A program made the position numbers and the translations under genes. From contig CM052816.1 in NCBI GenBank assembly GCA_028534125.1, forward strand, positions 84,694,001-84,758,000: DNA of 64,000 nt. Direction: 5' to 3'. Below are positions 24,146-37,691 of the stretch, piece by piece (the stretch's first letter is position 1; each line of letters begins with the position of its first letter). The notes under the pieces were generated by a model. The model saw only the letters and a program-made list of their open reading frames with translations, was not told where the DNA came from and searched no databases. Origin of the DNA: Lama glama (lineage: Eukaryota).

Positions 24146-27100
24146 TAGTTTCTGTTTTTATTTGTCTTTCTACTTTTTTCAAAGTTGCTAAATTTCTCAC
24201 CCTTCATAGAAAAACAGATTTCTAATTAATCAAATTCTGATGTCAATTTATATATAGCAGTCCTTTAGTTTTGGGGGGGTTATCTAGTCTATTGCATTAA
24301 TACATTTAACTATTCTTTCATTAATAGTATACTATTTAATAATCTCTTACATTAGGAAACCCCTCAGTAATATCCTTGTAACATTTTTTCTGAATAAGTT
24401 TTAAGTAGATGTGAAAAAACTGTATGTGAAAAATGATTTTAATAAAAACTGCATTAAAATTATAAAATTTCCCATCTTTAACATATTCAGTCATATAATG
24501 TAAGACATAATTGTCTCTCCATTTTTCTGGATCATAGAAATTATCTATTTTTAAAAAATACAATACCAGATTTTGTATCATGTTTATTGCTAGAACTTTA
24601 ATTTCCTACTAAATTATCTCAGGTGTTTGTAATTCATTAAACAATTATTTATAATAGCTACCCATAGATACTTTATGTATCTCAAATCCAGATATTTGCT
24701 GATTTGCTAATTAAAAAAAAATTGCAGGTTTTGTGACTCTTACATTTACTAAATGAACAAAAGTAACAACTATAACCTTGATAATTTTAAGTCTTCTTTT
24801 CAAATTATCATCTTAAATTTTTTGAAACTATGTTGTAACCATCAACATTTCTGAGACTGTAAATGATGCCATTTAGCATCCTACTTTGCCTCTGAGTTTA
24901 TTAAGAAGTTAACATTAATTAAAATGTTATATGTTAAACATGAATTCTGAAATAATATAGAGGCTGCAAAGTTTTATAATTATTTTTATTTTTAGTGTTA
25001 CATTTTAATATAATTCTATTTCAGTATTACTTTACATTTTGTCTAAGCAGTTCTCTTCATAGTGAGCTTTCACATAACTTCTTCTATGATTTAAAAAAAA
25101 CACCATTAATAGAGTTTGTTTCAAATAGTAGGTATTTAAAATTTTAATTAATAACCTATTTAGTATTTTCCAGCCACACTGACCTTCATCATTTCCACAA
25201 AATGATTGAAAGAGTTGCCCTACTTCAACGTTCTTGTTCTCTATACCTGTTGTGCTTCTAACTCTCAATTTACTCACACTGTTTGATGGCTCCCCTTTAT
25301 CTTTAAGGACATGCATTGATGTCACTCTTTAAGAGAGGACTTCTACTTTGCTTGCACCATTGTTAGTTTCACAGTACACAGCTTGACTTGTTATAAAATA
25401 ATACATGGCATATGCCATAATACTAAAATATGCATTTATTTGCTAAATTTATTATTTTCTCCATGTGTTCAAGTTCATTGAGATGAAAGTCTAAGTTTGA
25501 CTGTCACCATGTTTGCACACAGAAGGTAATAAAGGATAATGAGTAAATAGCCAAGTAAGTCATATTTCCTTTAAAGTGGCAGGACCTCTTTTCAATTGGT
25601 GCCGAAATTAATTTCAATGGGAAATTTAATAAATGTAAATGAAAAATACACGTAGAATAAAATGTTTATCTGAATTTTCATAGTCTACGATAAAACACTA
25701 AAGAAAAAGATCTTAGCAAAAGTAAACCTTTGCAAATTCCTCTGTTAACAACTACAGAGTGAATGCAACCATTGATAAATAATAAATTTTATTGAGACAA
25801 AAATTGAAAGAGAGTCCTAAATTTATAACACTATTTCCTGTATTTACTTACCTGGTATCATATAATTGGATCTCAAGTTACTTTAATAGTGCCACTATGA
25901 GTTATAATATTTTATTAATGTGTGATAAGAGAGGACTTTCTTTTCAGGGAATATGGCAGACAAGAGTAGAAAACACATTTGCTAAAGAGGACTTGAAAAT
26001 GAAGGATAACATATACAAACATCATTTTAAATGCATTGCTGAAACTGCAAAATCATGAATTAAATCACTAGGCACCAAAACATATTTAAGAAATAGAAGT
26101 GATGTGTGCTTTTGGAGAATTTGTCAAACTCGATACTTGTGAAAACAGGGTTTTAAATGCACATGCAGGGAAATAATGCCAGTTACAATGTTGGACTTTT
26201 GAACCCAGAATGAAAATGGAATTCTCAAAACAATAAACCATTAGTAAAAGTATGGACTCTATTCTATTTAAGAAGTTAATATTAAAAATTAAGAAGTGAG
26301 TACATTTGGTAATATTGAAGAGAAAAGCAAAGACAATAAAAATATAGTTGAAATGATACGTAATTAAATTTATAAAATACAAATAAAATTAAAATGATGA
26401 AAATTATACTTGGAATAAATAAAAACTACATATGATAACCATTGTGAACTATGAAAAATAAATCCTTCCTGGAAATGAATATGTCCTAAGAGCAAATGAT
26501 TAATACTGCAGTGTTATATAGTTTTGATGGAAGCTGGGCTCTGGAATTATTATATTTGGACAAAATTAGAGATAACTTGAAATGCTGTATTTTGTTATGG
26601 TCCTTCAGAGAGTATTTAATTAACATATTAAATCAATTAGAAATTTAGAAAACTCAAAGAAAGTTTTAGTTCCTGCAAGTGCTGGTTTATTTCTGTTTAA
26701 ATCTATTCTAAGGTTTTGGCTCAGCTGGATCCCCCGTAATAACCTAGAATGTTCACCAGGATCCTTCACTTGTAAAAATACTAAACTCTAATTTGAATAT
26801 CTAGCCCTGTGAGTGTTCAACTTTGCTCAGCTTTACCAGTTTTCTAACACTGACCACAGAGTAGTGCCAGTAACAGGCTCACCACTCTAAACTTGCCCTC
26901 TTCTCTTGATTTGACCAGATAAATCATGACTGGCTTGGCAGCACTCTAAAGCTTTCCATCATATTTTTAACTTATATTTATCCTTTGCTTCTGCATGTTC
27001 ACAGGATAATAGCACCTTGTCTCTAATTTAAGAAACAGAACCTAAACTGATCTTGTTCAGAAAAAAGAAAAATGTACAAGGGTATTCAATTCAATTTTGA

Positions 27101-30100
27101 TTTATGAGCAAGAGGGAGGAGGTTTTGTTTGTAAACATTGAAGTCCAATAGTTTCGTTTCACTGATTCTGATAGAATTTCAAAATTTTAAAATTATAGTA
27201 AAATTTAAAATAATTTTATGTGATGGAAAAAATCTTAGACAAATTCATGTGGGTCAAAAATACTACTGGTTTCAAGCAAAAAATATATTTTATTTATTTA
27301 AAAAATTTCATGAGTTTCTACTATGTTTGAAAATCAGAGCTATTAATGGTATAATCTTAGTTGTCACAAATAAAAACATGAAAAATATGACAAAACATGA
27401 CAAAAGAAGTCATCAAAATGTCAGCTACCTTAGAGAGTGAGTGTAATCGATAGTCAAAAGAAAATAATTACATATAATTGATATACACAGTTCTTAGGGA
27501 ATATTTGTATTATAAATACTGTGATGTGAAGGCAAATTATGCTAGCTTTTTAAACTAAAATTTGTCCACAAAATATTCAACATCTATGTTCTTGATTCAT
27601 TGCAAATTATTCATCATTCTCTTTATAGTTTCAACTCCCTGTCAGGGCAAGTTAAAAACAACAGTAATTATTATGACAACAACATGAATGTGTAAATAGA
27701 GTTTTCTTATAACAACAAACTGGTTTTCATTTTGCTGTCTACAAATTAGAACTGGAAGGGAGCAGCGAGGAGGGAAATTAATGTTCAATTAGTTCTTCAT
27801 TTACACATTTTTGTTAATCAAAAAGTCAAGATCTTTTGCAAGGTAAATGCAAAGATCTTACTCAACTGACACCTGGTACAAAACTGTATCATCAGCTTGC
27901 CAGGAATTCATCACTAAAGACTGATGAGGATACTCACTCGGCACGTTAAAGGTGACTTTTCTAGTCAGAAGAGTTAGAAATTTGGAGTCCAGAATCTTCA
28001 TATCCAATTCATCTGACTCCATAGTCTATCTTCCCTTCTGCCATGGAGTACTGCTCTAGAGAATATATCCAATATTAATCTTTGCTTTTTCAAAAATCGC
28101 CTTCCTGCAAAGGGTTATTTTGTTTATAACTCATTCCTATTTGGCATATATAGTTTTCTCTTTCTATACAATATAATTTCCAAATTTTTTATTCCCTCTG
28201 AAGTTTTTTAGCTTTTAATTATTTCAGACTCTTTCATCTTATTATTTTTTTCTTTTAATACTGGTAAATGTAGTCACTTTCTATCTTCTTTTGATGCTAA
28301 CATTTTACATGGGAAGCAAGTGACCAAGTTTAGGAAAAATAAATATGAATAGATTTCATATTTTAAGCAAGAGAGAATGCTTTTCCATTTGTTTGATTCA
28401 ATAGTAAGTCTTGATAAATAAAGGTACATATTTTGGCAGCTGTTGAATCCTTCAGAAATGCTAAACAAGGGCACAGGTTTAAAATCTCTACCAGATGATA
28501 ACAACAGTGCTTTGGTCATATCTCCTATAGTCCAAATCTTCTGTCAGAAATTACACATCCTAAAATGCATGGTATTTAATATATACCCCTACCCTCCCAA
28601 ATCAAGTGACCCAGTTGAGCCTTTTATATAATAAGAAATGCAGATAAACACAATTATACATTCAGGATAGTTTCACAACATAATCCCTTATGTCCAGTTT
28701 AAAAGAAAATAAGCATATATATATATTTGTCAAATATGTAGCTACAATTATTGGTGCTGCCTTTTTCTGTGTTTATGCAGTATAGTTTAATGTAAAGTTG
28801 AATTTATCTGTAAGTATTGATGCCCTTGACCTCATAAAAACTTGTAATCAATGTAACCATTCAGATAATGAATTATATACATCATTAGAAGTGAGAAAAT
28901 ATATGTTCATGACGAATAACCTAATCCCTAACTTTGAGGGACTTATAGCTCAGTGGTGGGTATAAACATATAACTAACACACAATAGTCCATGATACAGA
29001 GATCCCACTTTATAAAATATCTTTTTATCTTTGAGAATCCAGGAGAGTGTCAAGGCTTCACTGGTAAATAAGACTGATTTTAAAGTTTACTGTGGATGTG
29101 GCTTGTTAAATCAGCTTATTCCAAAGTGTTCTGTTAATCTGATTTTTCACAGACACTACACTGACCTAATCCATACAAGCCAGACATGTGTCTGGACCAA
29201 GACTTGTCAGAGAATTTACAAAGACAAAAGCTTAAATTGAGAAGATATGGGAAAGCCAAAACAATAAACTGAACAAAACATAAATGCCAAAACACCAAAC
29301 ACACACACACACACAAAACAAAAAACTCAGCTAATCACCACTGCCACCACCATCAACAATGACAAAGGCAATAAAAAGTCTATGTGTTTGAGATCTGAAC
29401 ACTGCTAATAATCCAAGTCCACAAAATTCTCAGGTTCCTGGGAACTTTAATTTTCTTTAATATGTTATGTGAAATTCTGGCGTCCCCTGTCTGGTGCTGC
29501 AAAATTCTCTTTCTTTCAATACCTGTGCTGTAATCTTTCATGTACATTCCCTCTGACATAATTCTGCCCCTGTCTGGGTGATGGAGGTTTTACAATTCTA
29601 GTTAATGAGAAAAGTTAACCCTCTGCTTGAGATCCAAGCTTGGAAAAAGTTTCCCCTCTCAGAGCTCCATGTCCACTTCTAGAAGAATCAAAACCTCTCT
29701 GGTTGCAGCAGTATATGTCATCCACTGTAGAAAATTTTACTCATCCCACTGAAACTCAGAGGACTAATGTTCCCTACGAATAAGTTAGAAGACTTTTCTA
29801 ATGAGCAGCAAGACATGCAGCTTTTGTATTGCTCCCCTAGTGGTTACTGTGCAGATAGTTCTTTGGATGGCACATTAGTCTGCAAATAAGACAGCTGAAG
29901 AGTTGAGCTGCACTGTAGAATCTTTGCTGTTCAGCGAGATTTATAGATAAGCATGTATGATAGGTACTTACATATATATATATATATATATGTATTCATG
30001 AGATATAAGCAAAAATAGATATGGATATATTTTCCAGAAAAGGAATGTATAGTGTCACTTAAATAACATGCATCCTTTATTCCTGTAATAAGAACACTGC

Positions 30101-30150
30101 TTCTACATTTACTAAATGTATAACTTTATGTAAGTCCTGTTGTAATTTGT

Positions 30151-30622
30151 TGTAACTGTAAATTGCCTGTTTTCTCGGTTTTCATTTAATTATTTTGCAC
30201 ATGAAATCAAAATGGCCTCACCTGTGCTTGTTAACCTAAGTTGTTTTTAATGATTAATCTAGCTACTCCCACTCACTCTCCCCCTTAAGTGCCCTTTGTT
30301 CCAGAAAAAGCTCATGGGCAAGTAAGCATAATCACTGGAGGAAGAAAATGCCTCATAGGAGACCCCTGATGCTGATAAATTGTATTAAGAAGGAAAGCCT
30401 GCAGGGACCCGTTTCTCTACAGATGATTATCACCACTCCTTGAACAGACCCTTAAAAGCTTCCTTAACCCCACGCTACAGCCCGTCCACAGCCTTGTGAC
30501 ATTAGCCTGTTGTGACTCCCCTTGCCTGGGAAAGCAATAAAGGTATGATTTCTACTTCATCCAAAACTCTGTCTCTGGATTCAATCTGGTTCCAGAGAAC
30601 AGAGGCTGAGATTTTGGCAACA
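30151..30622 (+). mobile_element. Solo ERV1-class LTR (472 bp) inserted in a MIR
   Basis: TG...CA termini; TSD TTGT (30147-30150, 30623-30626); AATAAA near 30537. MIR-like sequence lies on both flanks (~30090-30770). Confidence 0.85.
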
Positions 30623-32029
30623 TTGTCAATGGTCTAAGCTTCAATTTCTACACAGGCAAGAGGGAAGCCATAACATTACCTCCCTAATTTTGATCATCAA
30701 ATAAATAAATGCTTATAAGCTATTCAGCACACCTTGCTAATTTTAAGTGTTCAGTACACGATCATTAAGAATAATAAAAAAAACACTTAGAAATTCCCTT
30801 GAGTCTAGGCCATATTATCACTTTAGGTAAGCATTTAAAAGAATTTTGCATGTTACTTTAACTAAAGAATTATCTGCTGGGTTCAAATATTTGTTTTCTA
30901 ATTTTACATCCTAAGCTGTTCATCATGGCTAGTCCCCACAGTCATTCCCATCCGATCCTCTCTTCTTTTTCCTTTTTCTCAAAGATAAAAAAACCCACAA
31001 AGTAGCCTCTTATGGAGACTCATCTGGCCTTTCTTTATATTAACAACCTTGAATGAAACAGATGGAGTAACTTTCCTTCACATTATTAACAGTGACTTTT
31101 AAGCCTCATTGTATTTTGATGGGCTTATTCTTTTATTTTCGCCAACTAAAACTATTATTCCTCACCTCATTTTACTTGATCCTCTTTATGCCTGGCCTAT
31201 TGACTCTCTAATAGAAATTCCTCTTCCGTGTGGCATAGAAAGTCCTTTTGGTTTACACATTTGTGAATACGGCAGGATAGTGTAGAGGAGCTTTCGGAGA
31301 GCTGCTTAGCCATATAATTACTGATTCACCACTGATGAAAAAAAATGAGTGTACAGCACAAGGCATTCAATATTGTGTATTATTCTGCCAAAGGCATGTC
31401 CCTTGAGAAATACGGAATTGTTAAGACTGAGAAGGTAAATTCCTTTTTGAGTGTTAGATAGGATCCTTTTCCTGTAGCTGTAGTTGTAATATCTTCTCAG
31501 TGATCTGCTTGTCTTTAGTGCTACCGTTCTTCCTACCTAAATCACAGATCTGAAACGCACCTGACATTTCTTCATTTCTAAAGTCTCTTTTATTTGACAT
31601 TTACATTTTGGCCTTATTATTAAAGTGCTATCTTTCATCATCATTCTTGCTGCACTTCTCCTACTACCTTGAATTCTCTGACGCCAATTATGCCCAAATG
31701 TTCTGTTAATCGTCGTAGGGCTGTTTGAAGTGTCTGGATGACCTCTCCATATTTGCTTTGATGTACATAGATTGAGTTTAGTGACTAGTCTGCATTTTTA
31801 TTTTTGTATCTTCCTGGGTTTTATATAATTGTATGTTTGTGTACTCTGAAGATATATTAAAATACAAGTACAAATATCTTAGAGACAACAGCAGTACAAG
31901 TGTTTCCTTAAAAATATGTTCATACTATCCATTTTTATGTGTTTCCTCTCCTGCGAAGCTCCTTTTGGGTATACTTTATCTCTTCAAATAACTGTGTTAT
32001 TTTTCTTTTTTAATTAGTAATAACATATA

Positions 32030-32160
32030 ATACTTATTGAGTGCTTACATGGTAGGCGCAATATATTAAAAATGTTATAAGCATTTTTTTTTAGTTTATC
32101 TTCATTACGATCTTATGAGTATATAGAATCTAGTTTTACAGATGAAGTGAGGTTGAGATA
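32030..32160 (-). mobile_element. MIR fragment
   Basis: acttattgagtgcttac...ttttacagatgaagtgaggttgag. Confidence 0.65.
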
Positions 32161-32228
32161 GAATAGGAAGCTACTGTTTCAAACTCCTTAAAAATGAAAA
32201 GATTTAAATTTAGAAATTAGGAAACCTG

Positions 32229-32377
32229 GGAGGAGGGAATAGCTCAGGAGGTAGAGCACATGCTTAGCATGCATGGGTTCAATCCTCAGTACCTCCTCTA
32301 AAAATAAATAAATAAGCCTACTTACTCCCCCCACCAAAAAAAGCAAAAACAAATTAATAAAATTTTTACAAATGTAC
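32229..32377 (+). mobile_element. tRNA-derived camelid SINE (Vic-1-like) with a small internal deletion
   Basis: atagctcaggaggtagagcacatgcttagcatgcatgggttcaatcc. TSD aaattaggaaacctg (32214-32228) vs aaaataggaagcctg (32378-32392). Confidence 0.9.
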
Positions 32378-32452
32378 AAAATAGGAAGCCTGAATGGATA
32401 TTCCTAACCACTAGACTTTCTAACCCCATTGGTAATACTACTGTGGACCATG

Positions 32453-32850
32453 TGGGGCTTGGTCTAGAGTGATGTGAGCCAAGTGCCTACCTCAGCACTG
32501 AATTTTAAGGTGGCACCATGAATCTCAGTAATGAAGATAAAAAAAAATGTTTAATTCATCATTTTAAATAATCAATGCCAGTACCAAATTTTCCTGATGA
32601 ACAAATTATCAATATTTTGAATAAAAACAGTATCCGTATCATCTACCTCTCCTTTTCCCTCAGGCTCTAATGTGGCTCTACAGGGAAATGAATACTGATC
32701 CCATCTTTATGTAAAATGTGGGTATTTGCGCATCGTGGATTTTTGCATTAATTTTGAGTAGTTTTTAAAATACTGAATCAAGATATTGTTTATTTTTATT
32801 ACTTAGTGTTTGGTGCATCCCTAAGTCTCCTCCCCTTAGTCCTGGCCCTG
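32453..32850. mobile_element. Palindromic non-autonomous hAT DNA transposon, MER96B-like
   Basis: Long inverted arms (gcacca..ctcagtaatgaagataaa..tgatgaacaaa vs ttgcgcatcgtgg..ttattacttag..tggtgc) and terminus cctggccctg. Confidence 0.8.
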
Positions 32851-32879
32851 GGCATGAGGCTGAACGGCTCATTCTCAGC

Positions 32880-33252
32880 AGTAGTCAGCAGGGCACACAT
32901 TGATTTCCCCACCTTGTGACATATGGTTGGTTTGTACTTTTCTGCTCCCTTGAAGGTTAGCTTGTCCTCATGACTTGCTTCAGCCAATAAAATGTGAGCA
33001 GGATTACCATATGTCATCTTTTGTTGGAAGCCTTTATAAGTCAGGGCATAATTTGTTACGTTCCCTTATTTTTATATTACAGATAATAGAGGCTTTGTCA
33101 ACCTGTGTTCTTATGGGGATGAGGCAGAGCAGACTTGCAGGTCAACCTGCAATATACATGAAATGAGAATTTAATCTTTTGGGTTTCAAACCTATGAGAT
33201 TTGGCTCTTTATTGTTACTGCAGAATAGCCTAACCTATTTTTAATAATATAC
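32880..33252 (+). mobile_element. MaLR LTR, MLT1I-like
   Basis: gacttgcttcagccaataaaatgtgagc...tgagatttgg...gttactgcagaatagcctaacc. Confidence 0.7.
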
Positions 33253-33264
33253 CTCCTCAGCAAC

Positions 33265-33480
33265 TTCAGATCTCTCCTAAATGTCATTTTCTCAGTAACA
33301 TTTATCCTGAATCCCTATTAAAGTTTTTACTCTACACAAATATATCCTCCTCTATACTTGTGACTTTTCATTACTCTGCTCAGTCTTTTCAGTAGTATGT
33401 ATCAGCTTTTGACAGGCTGTGTTAGTAACTTATGTCATATATTTTATGGCTACGTACCATGTAATGCTAAGCTTCACAGG
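33265..33480 (+). mobile_element. L2 fragment
   Basis: ttcagatctctcctaaatgtcattttctcag...aatgctaagcttcacagg. Confidence 0.5.
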
Positions 33481-34885
33481 CTTATATTCTTATGGCCATA
33501 GTGCAAAACTATAATCTCCAATGCCAGCTGACACAACAGCCAACTGCAGTTGCCATTTTGGATTCACTGAGCAGGGCAAATAGGAAAAGGATACAAGCCC
33601 TGTTCATTCAGCAGCTTCCTGATCAAGTACATTGCTGGGTTCTAATATTGACTGACGATATGCCTAGAATCTTGGGCTAATAGATGTTCTCCAAAGTGGG
33701 TGATTTATTATTGAATTTAAAAAAAACTCCTTAGTAATGCCATGTTAAGGTTAAAAGTTGATTGAATATTTGGTTTTTCTACCAGCATAAATACAACTGA
33801 GGGCACCTCGTGTGGATGCTTCATATACTTTTCTAGGTTATAAAATTGCTAAAGCCAAGTTAACCCTTGCTTTGAAACTCATTTGATGTTTTGGATGCTT
33901 AAGAGAGCAGAAACTCAATTAATGAACACTCATATAACTGACTTACTGGATTAAGTTATTTTGACTAAAGAAATTATGCATCTAGGTAGCTACTCTTGGA
34001 ATCATCCACAAACCATGTGCCTCATCAAGAGTCAGAAGTGACAGGTATGGATGTGTTTTTCTAGGTATGGATGTGTTATTTAATTGAGTTAAAGTAGTTA
34101 TGTTATCAGGGTATGTAAAATAATGAAGTATGTGTAAAATAATTGGTTTATTTTTAATTATTTTAAAAAGACTGGTAAAGGCAAATAGCTACAAAACTGC
34201 TTTTCAATTAGTTATCGGACATATACATGATAAATATTGGAGGAAATATAAAAATCATACAGGATTCTTCAGTGAAATTACTTACAATAGTGTCTTCATT
34301 TTTTAAGGATACAACATGTTTATTTGATACAATTATATACTATAATAGGATTGTCAATTGAGCAAGAGTTAGCACCTCTATCAACAGTGTCTTTAAATTG
34401 TTTCCACTTTAATTCCAAAAGACTGCTTTGTGATTTATGAAAGAAAGTAAGCCAACATACACTAAAAATTTCTTTAAAACACACAAGCATTTTGAAGTAA
34501 TGTACTTGCATATAGTTTAAAATAAAGTGTATATGTTGCGACTGTGTCACTTTTCTGTATCATTTTAACCAAATTTTTCAATTAATTTATCTACTCTGTG
34601 TCTTAATGGCATTGGATGAGAGATTTCCTAGTGTTTAATTCTTTTGAACTACAGGCAATTTTAGAGATCACTTATTCCTACTATCCTCACTCCTGAACTT
34701 CTTTTTTTTAAGCTTAAGATGTATATTATTTAACGTATATCAATTTAAATGACTTAGAAAAATTGCATGCCAGGTTAGTGAAAAAAATACCTATAAGATA
34801 TTTCTTTAGATTTCTAGTTTAGAGATTATTTTGTTACACAATGTGGCTTCAAATTTTCCTTCTCTCTCTTTTAATTGCATTGACA

Positions 34886-34932
34886 ACACACACACTCACT
34901 CACGCACACACACAAACACACACACACACACA
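34886..34932. repeat. Interrupted (CA)n microsatellite
   Basis: Seen directly. Confidence 0.95.
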
Positions 34933-34965
34933 AATTAATTCTTCTTTGGTATATAAACCCTATTC

Positions 34966-35460
34966 TTTCCTAGTTCAGTTTCTCCCAAAAGCAGACCATA
35001 AGGCAAAGATGTGTGTGCTGGTAGTTTGTTTAGGGGTGACCTCCGGAAGAGCAAGAGGAAAGGTGGTGAGAAAGAGAGGAGCACTAAACCCACAGAGTGT
35101 GTCAATGAGTGAGTTACAGTTATGAGTAACTTGGACACAGTCCTGTTAGGGATATTCTGAAGAATCGTGTGGGACACACTTCAGAACAGTCTCATTTTAA
35201 GATGAGATTGGGAGGTGTATCCTCCTGTCTCTCAGTGGCCGAGGGTTGCCCCGGAACATCATTTTCCTGAGACTTCCGAGTTCTACTTGCCCACCCCCAG
35301 CTGCTCTGTTACCAGAGAAAACACAAGGGAAGAAAAGCAGAGAAGTACAGTGACAAACCTTGTGCTGTCTGCACATTCCAGAACATGTACAAGACACACC
35401 TGTAGGTGAACTTGAGAGGTGGAATGAAAAGATACAGAGCCTTGCATCAGCACTATCTGT
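34966..35460 (-). mobile_element. ERVL LTR, LTR33-like
   Basis: cctagttcagtttctcccaaaagcagaccataaggcaaagat...gtagtttgtttaggggtgacc resembles reverse LTR33. Confidence 0.65.
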
Positions 35461-35664
35461 GGCAATCACATTAGGCCCGTACATAAGCGGATCTACTTGC
35501 TAGAGGATCGCACCTAGGCATCTTCTTATTACATTACTTACAACAATAATAAACTTATAACTATACTTGGCTCATTTCCCTTAATGTGGTTATGTGACAT
35601 CCATATTCTTAAAATTGACTAAACTATTTTAATGCCAGTATACCATTCTGCTTAAAATCATTAT

Positions 35665-35840
35665 TAAATTGTACAAACCACCGTGTATAAAATAGATTTT
35701 ACAAGGATAGATTGTATAGGGAATATAGCCAATATTTTATAACTTTAAATGAAGTGTAGCTTATAAAAATTTTGAATAACTATGTTGTACACCTGAAACT
35801 GATATAACACTGTAAATCAAGTATACTGCAATAAAAGAAA
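35665..35840 (+). mobile_element. Short L1 3' end
   Basis: gggaatatagccaatatttt...ctatgttgtacacctgaaact...gtaaatcaagtatactgcaataaaag. Confidence 0.8.
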
Positions 35841-35875
35841 TAATAGTTATTAGATTAATTATATCTCAAATAGTT

Positions 35876-37691
35876 GACTTGTTAACCCTTTTATTCAATT
35901 TAGGCTTTCAGTCGGTGTTTCACAAGTTATGTGTACACCATAGGTACATACAGAGTTTTGTTGAAATAGTAAATACATAAGTGTCACAGAATTATAAAAC
36001 ACACTTGGATCTTTCTCAAGAACATGTTAAGTCCTATCATCCTAGCCTTGAAATGTTATTTATATTATTTATATGCAGATTATCATGCATAAAACAAACT
36101 CCAGATTGGTCAATAGTTTTAGTGATCATTTCTTTTATACATAGCTTCGTATTTCAAACTTTTCACCTTTTCTTATTTTATTTTTGGAGATTCTATCACT
36201 ATTGTGGCATAAAACTCTTAAGAACCATTCTTAACCTGTATTAAACTAGCCCTGATAATAGGAAGAGAAAACAGACAAGTGCCAACCTTTTCAAGAAGAC
36301 ACACATCTACTAAGTTAAAAACAGAAATCTATAAATGGGAAAGTCAAATATATTTCTAGTGCTACTGAAATTGTTATCATATTCTTGTCGTTGCTGCTGT
36401 TTGTTTATTTTTCTCCTTCTCTCCCAGGCTTAAATTTCACCTAAGGCTATGGTGTTTCAGAATAATTAATGAATAATAGACCTCTTTTAAATATTCTCCA
36501 GTTTATCAAAGTAGAAGTGGATGCGTCATCTTGAGTTATCAGATCAAAATAAATGCTGCTCTCAAATTCAAAGCTAGTCTAAGATTCTGTCTAACATAGT
36601 GATTAAAAATAACAGTATCACTCAAAACTTGATAACCAAAGTCACAGTGGTTGACAGCTGAGTGATTTCTAGCTGTTCTTTATCCTTTGCATTTTCAGAG
36701 GTAGGAGCTTCCAGGCGTTACTGGATTTTTGTTGACTGATAATTTGTATTTTACAGATTTTACTAGGGTACTTTTTAATTTCCATTACTGTTTGTATACA
36801 TTCGTAGTTACTTTACGGAAACATAGAGATTTATCTATTATTACTTACACTACCAGCTATAATCCTAAATTAATTCAGAAAGCAGGAAGCCATCACTGTA
36901 ATAGTACGCTTGGTATGTACTATTCCTTCATTTTAGACAATATTACAGGGAATATCAAACTTCAAATGCTGTAATTCGTCTCCAGGCAACATCTCACCAC
37001 AGTAGCAGTTGTCAGATTACAAAAAGAAATTCTTAGTTTGGGAAACTTAGTTAATTCAGAGTTAATGCACTCTGTGCACATTATACTATCACTTGTAACT
37101 AATTATAGATGATACAAATAGCCATCAAAAGGGTAATTTATTTTGATTATTTTTTATATTAAGTGGCTCACTTCCTTTTATAATTTGTATCTTGCAAAGC
37201 TGAATTGAAGCATTAAATGTTCAATTTCATCCCAGCAAACATTTGAATTACAAGTGAGTATAAAATACAATATCAAGCAACTTGCTGAGGAGGCAGAAAG
37301 CGGCACATGATTTGCCTCATGGTGATAAAATTTTATAGCTGGAAGGAAGTCTCTCCTATTACAGATAAAGAAATTTAGGCTCAGATCTATTAAGTTACTT
37401 GTTCAAGGACGTACAAATATTGTTAGGTTGCGCCTAGAATTCATATTTTAGCAAGGGAACTCACCGTTCATTTTAATGTTTTCAAAAATAAAATGGGTAA
37501 CTACATGCCTCTGGATATAGCCTAACTGGCTATAAAAATAGGCTTTGAATAAAGGATTATGAGCAAATGATATTCATAAATATGGAAATCACCTGTCATT
37601 TCAAACTACTACAGGCAAATAGAGAAAATGGACCATAGAAGGAAGGCACTTCATCGTAACAGCTGGACTTGTTAACCCTTTTATTCAATTT
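35876..37691 (+). repeat. Exact 26-bp dispersed direct repeat GACTTGTTAACCCTTTTATTCAATTT
   Basis: Identical copies at 35876-35901 and 37666-37691. Confidence 0.9.

Noticed and set aside
27828..27860. Short hairpin aagatcttttgca..tgcaaagatctt, and a 20-bp tandem duplication at 34043-34077
   Set aside because: These are small local features expected in AT-rich DNA, with no supporting context.
28935..28965. atagctcagtggt resembling a Pol III A box
   Set aside because: No B box or SINE body follows; the context looks like degenerate L2.
29829..29854. CTCF-like CCACTAGGGGAGC on the minus strand
   Set aside because: It is one base short in the G run relative to CCASYAGRKGGCR, so the 3' positions misalign.
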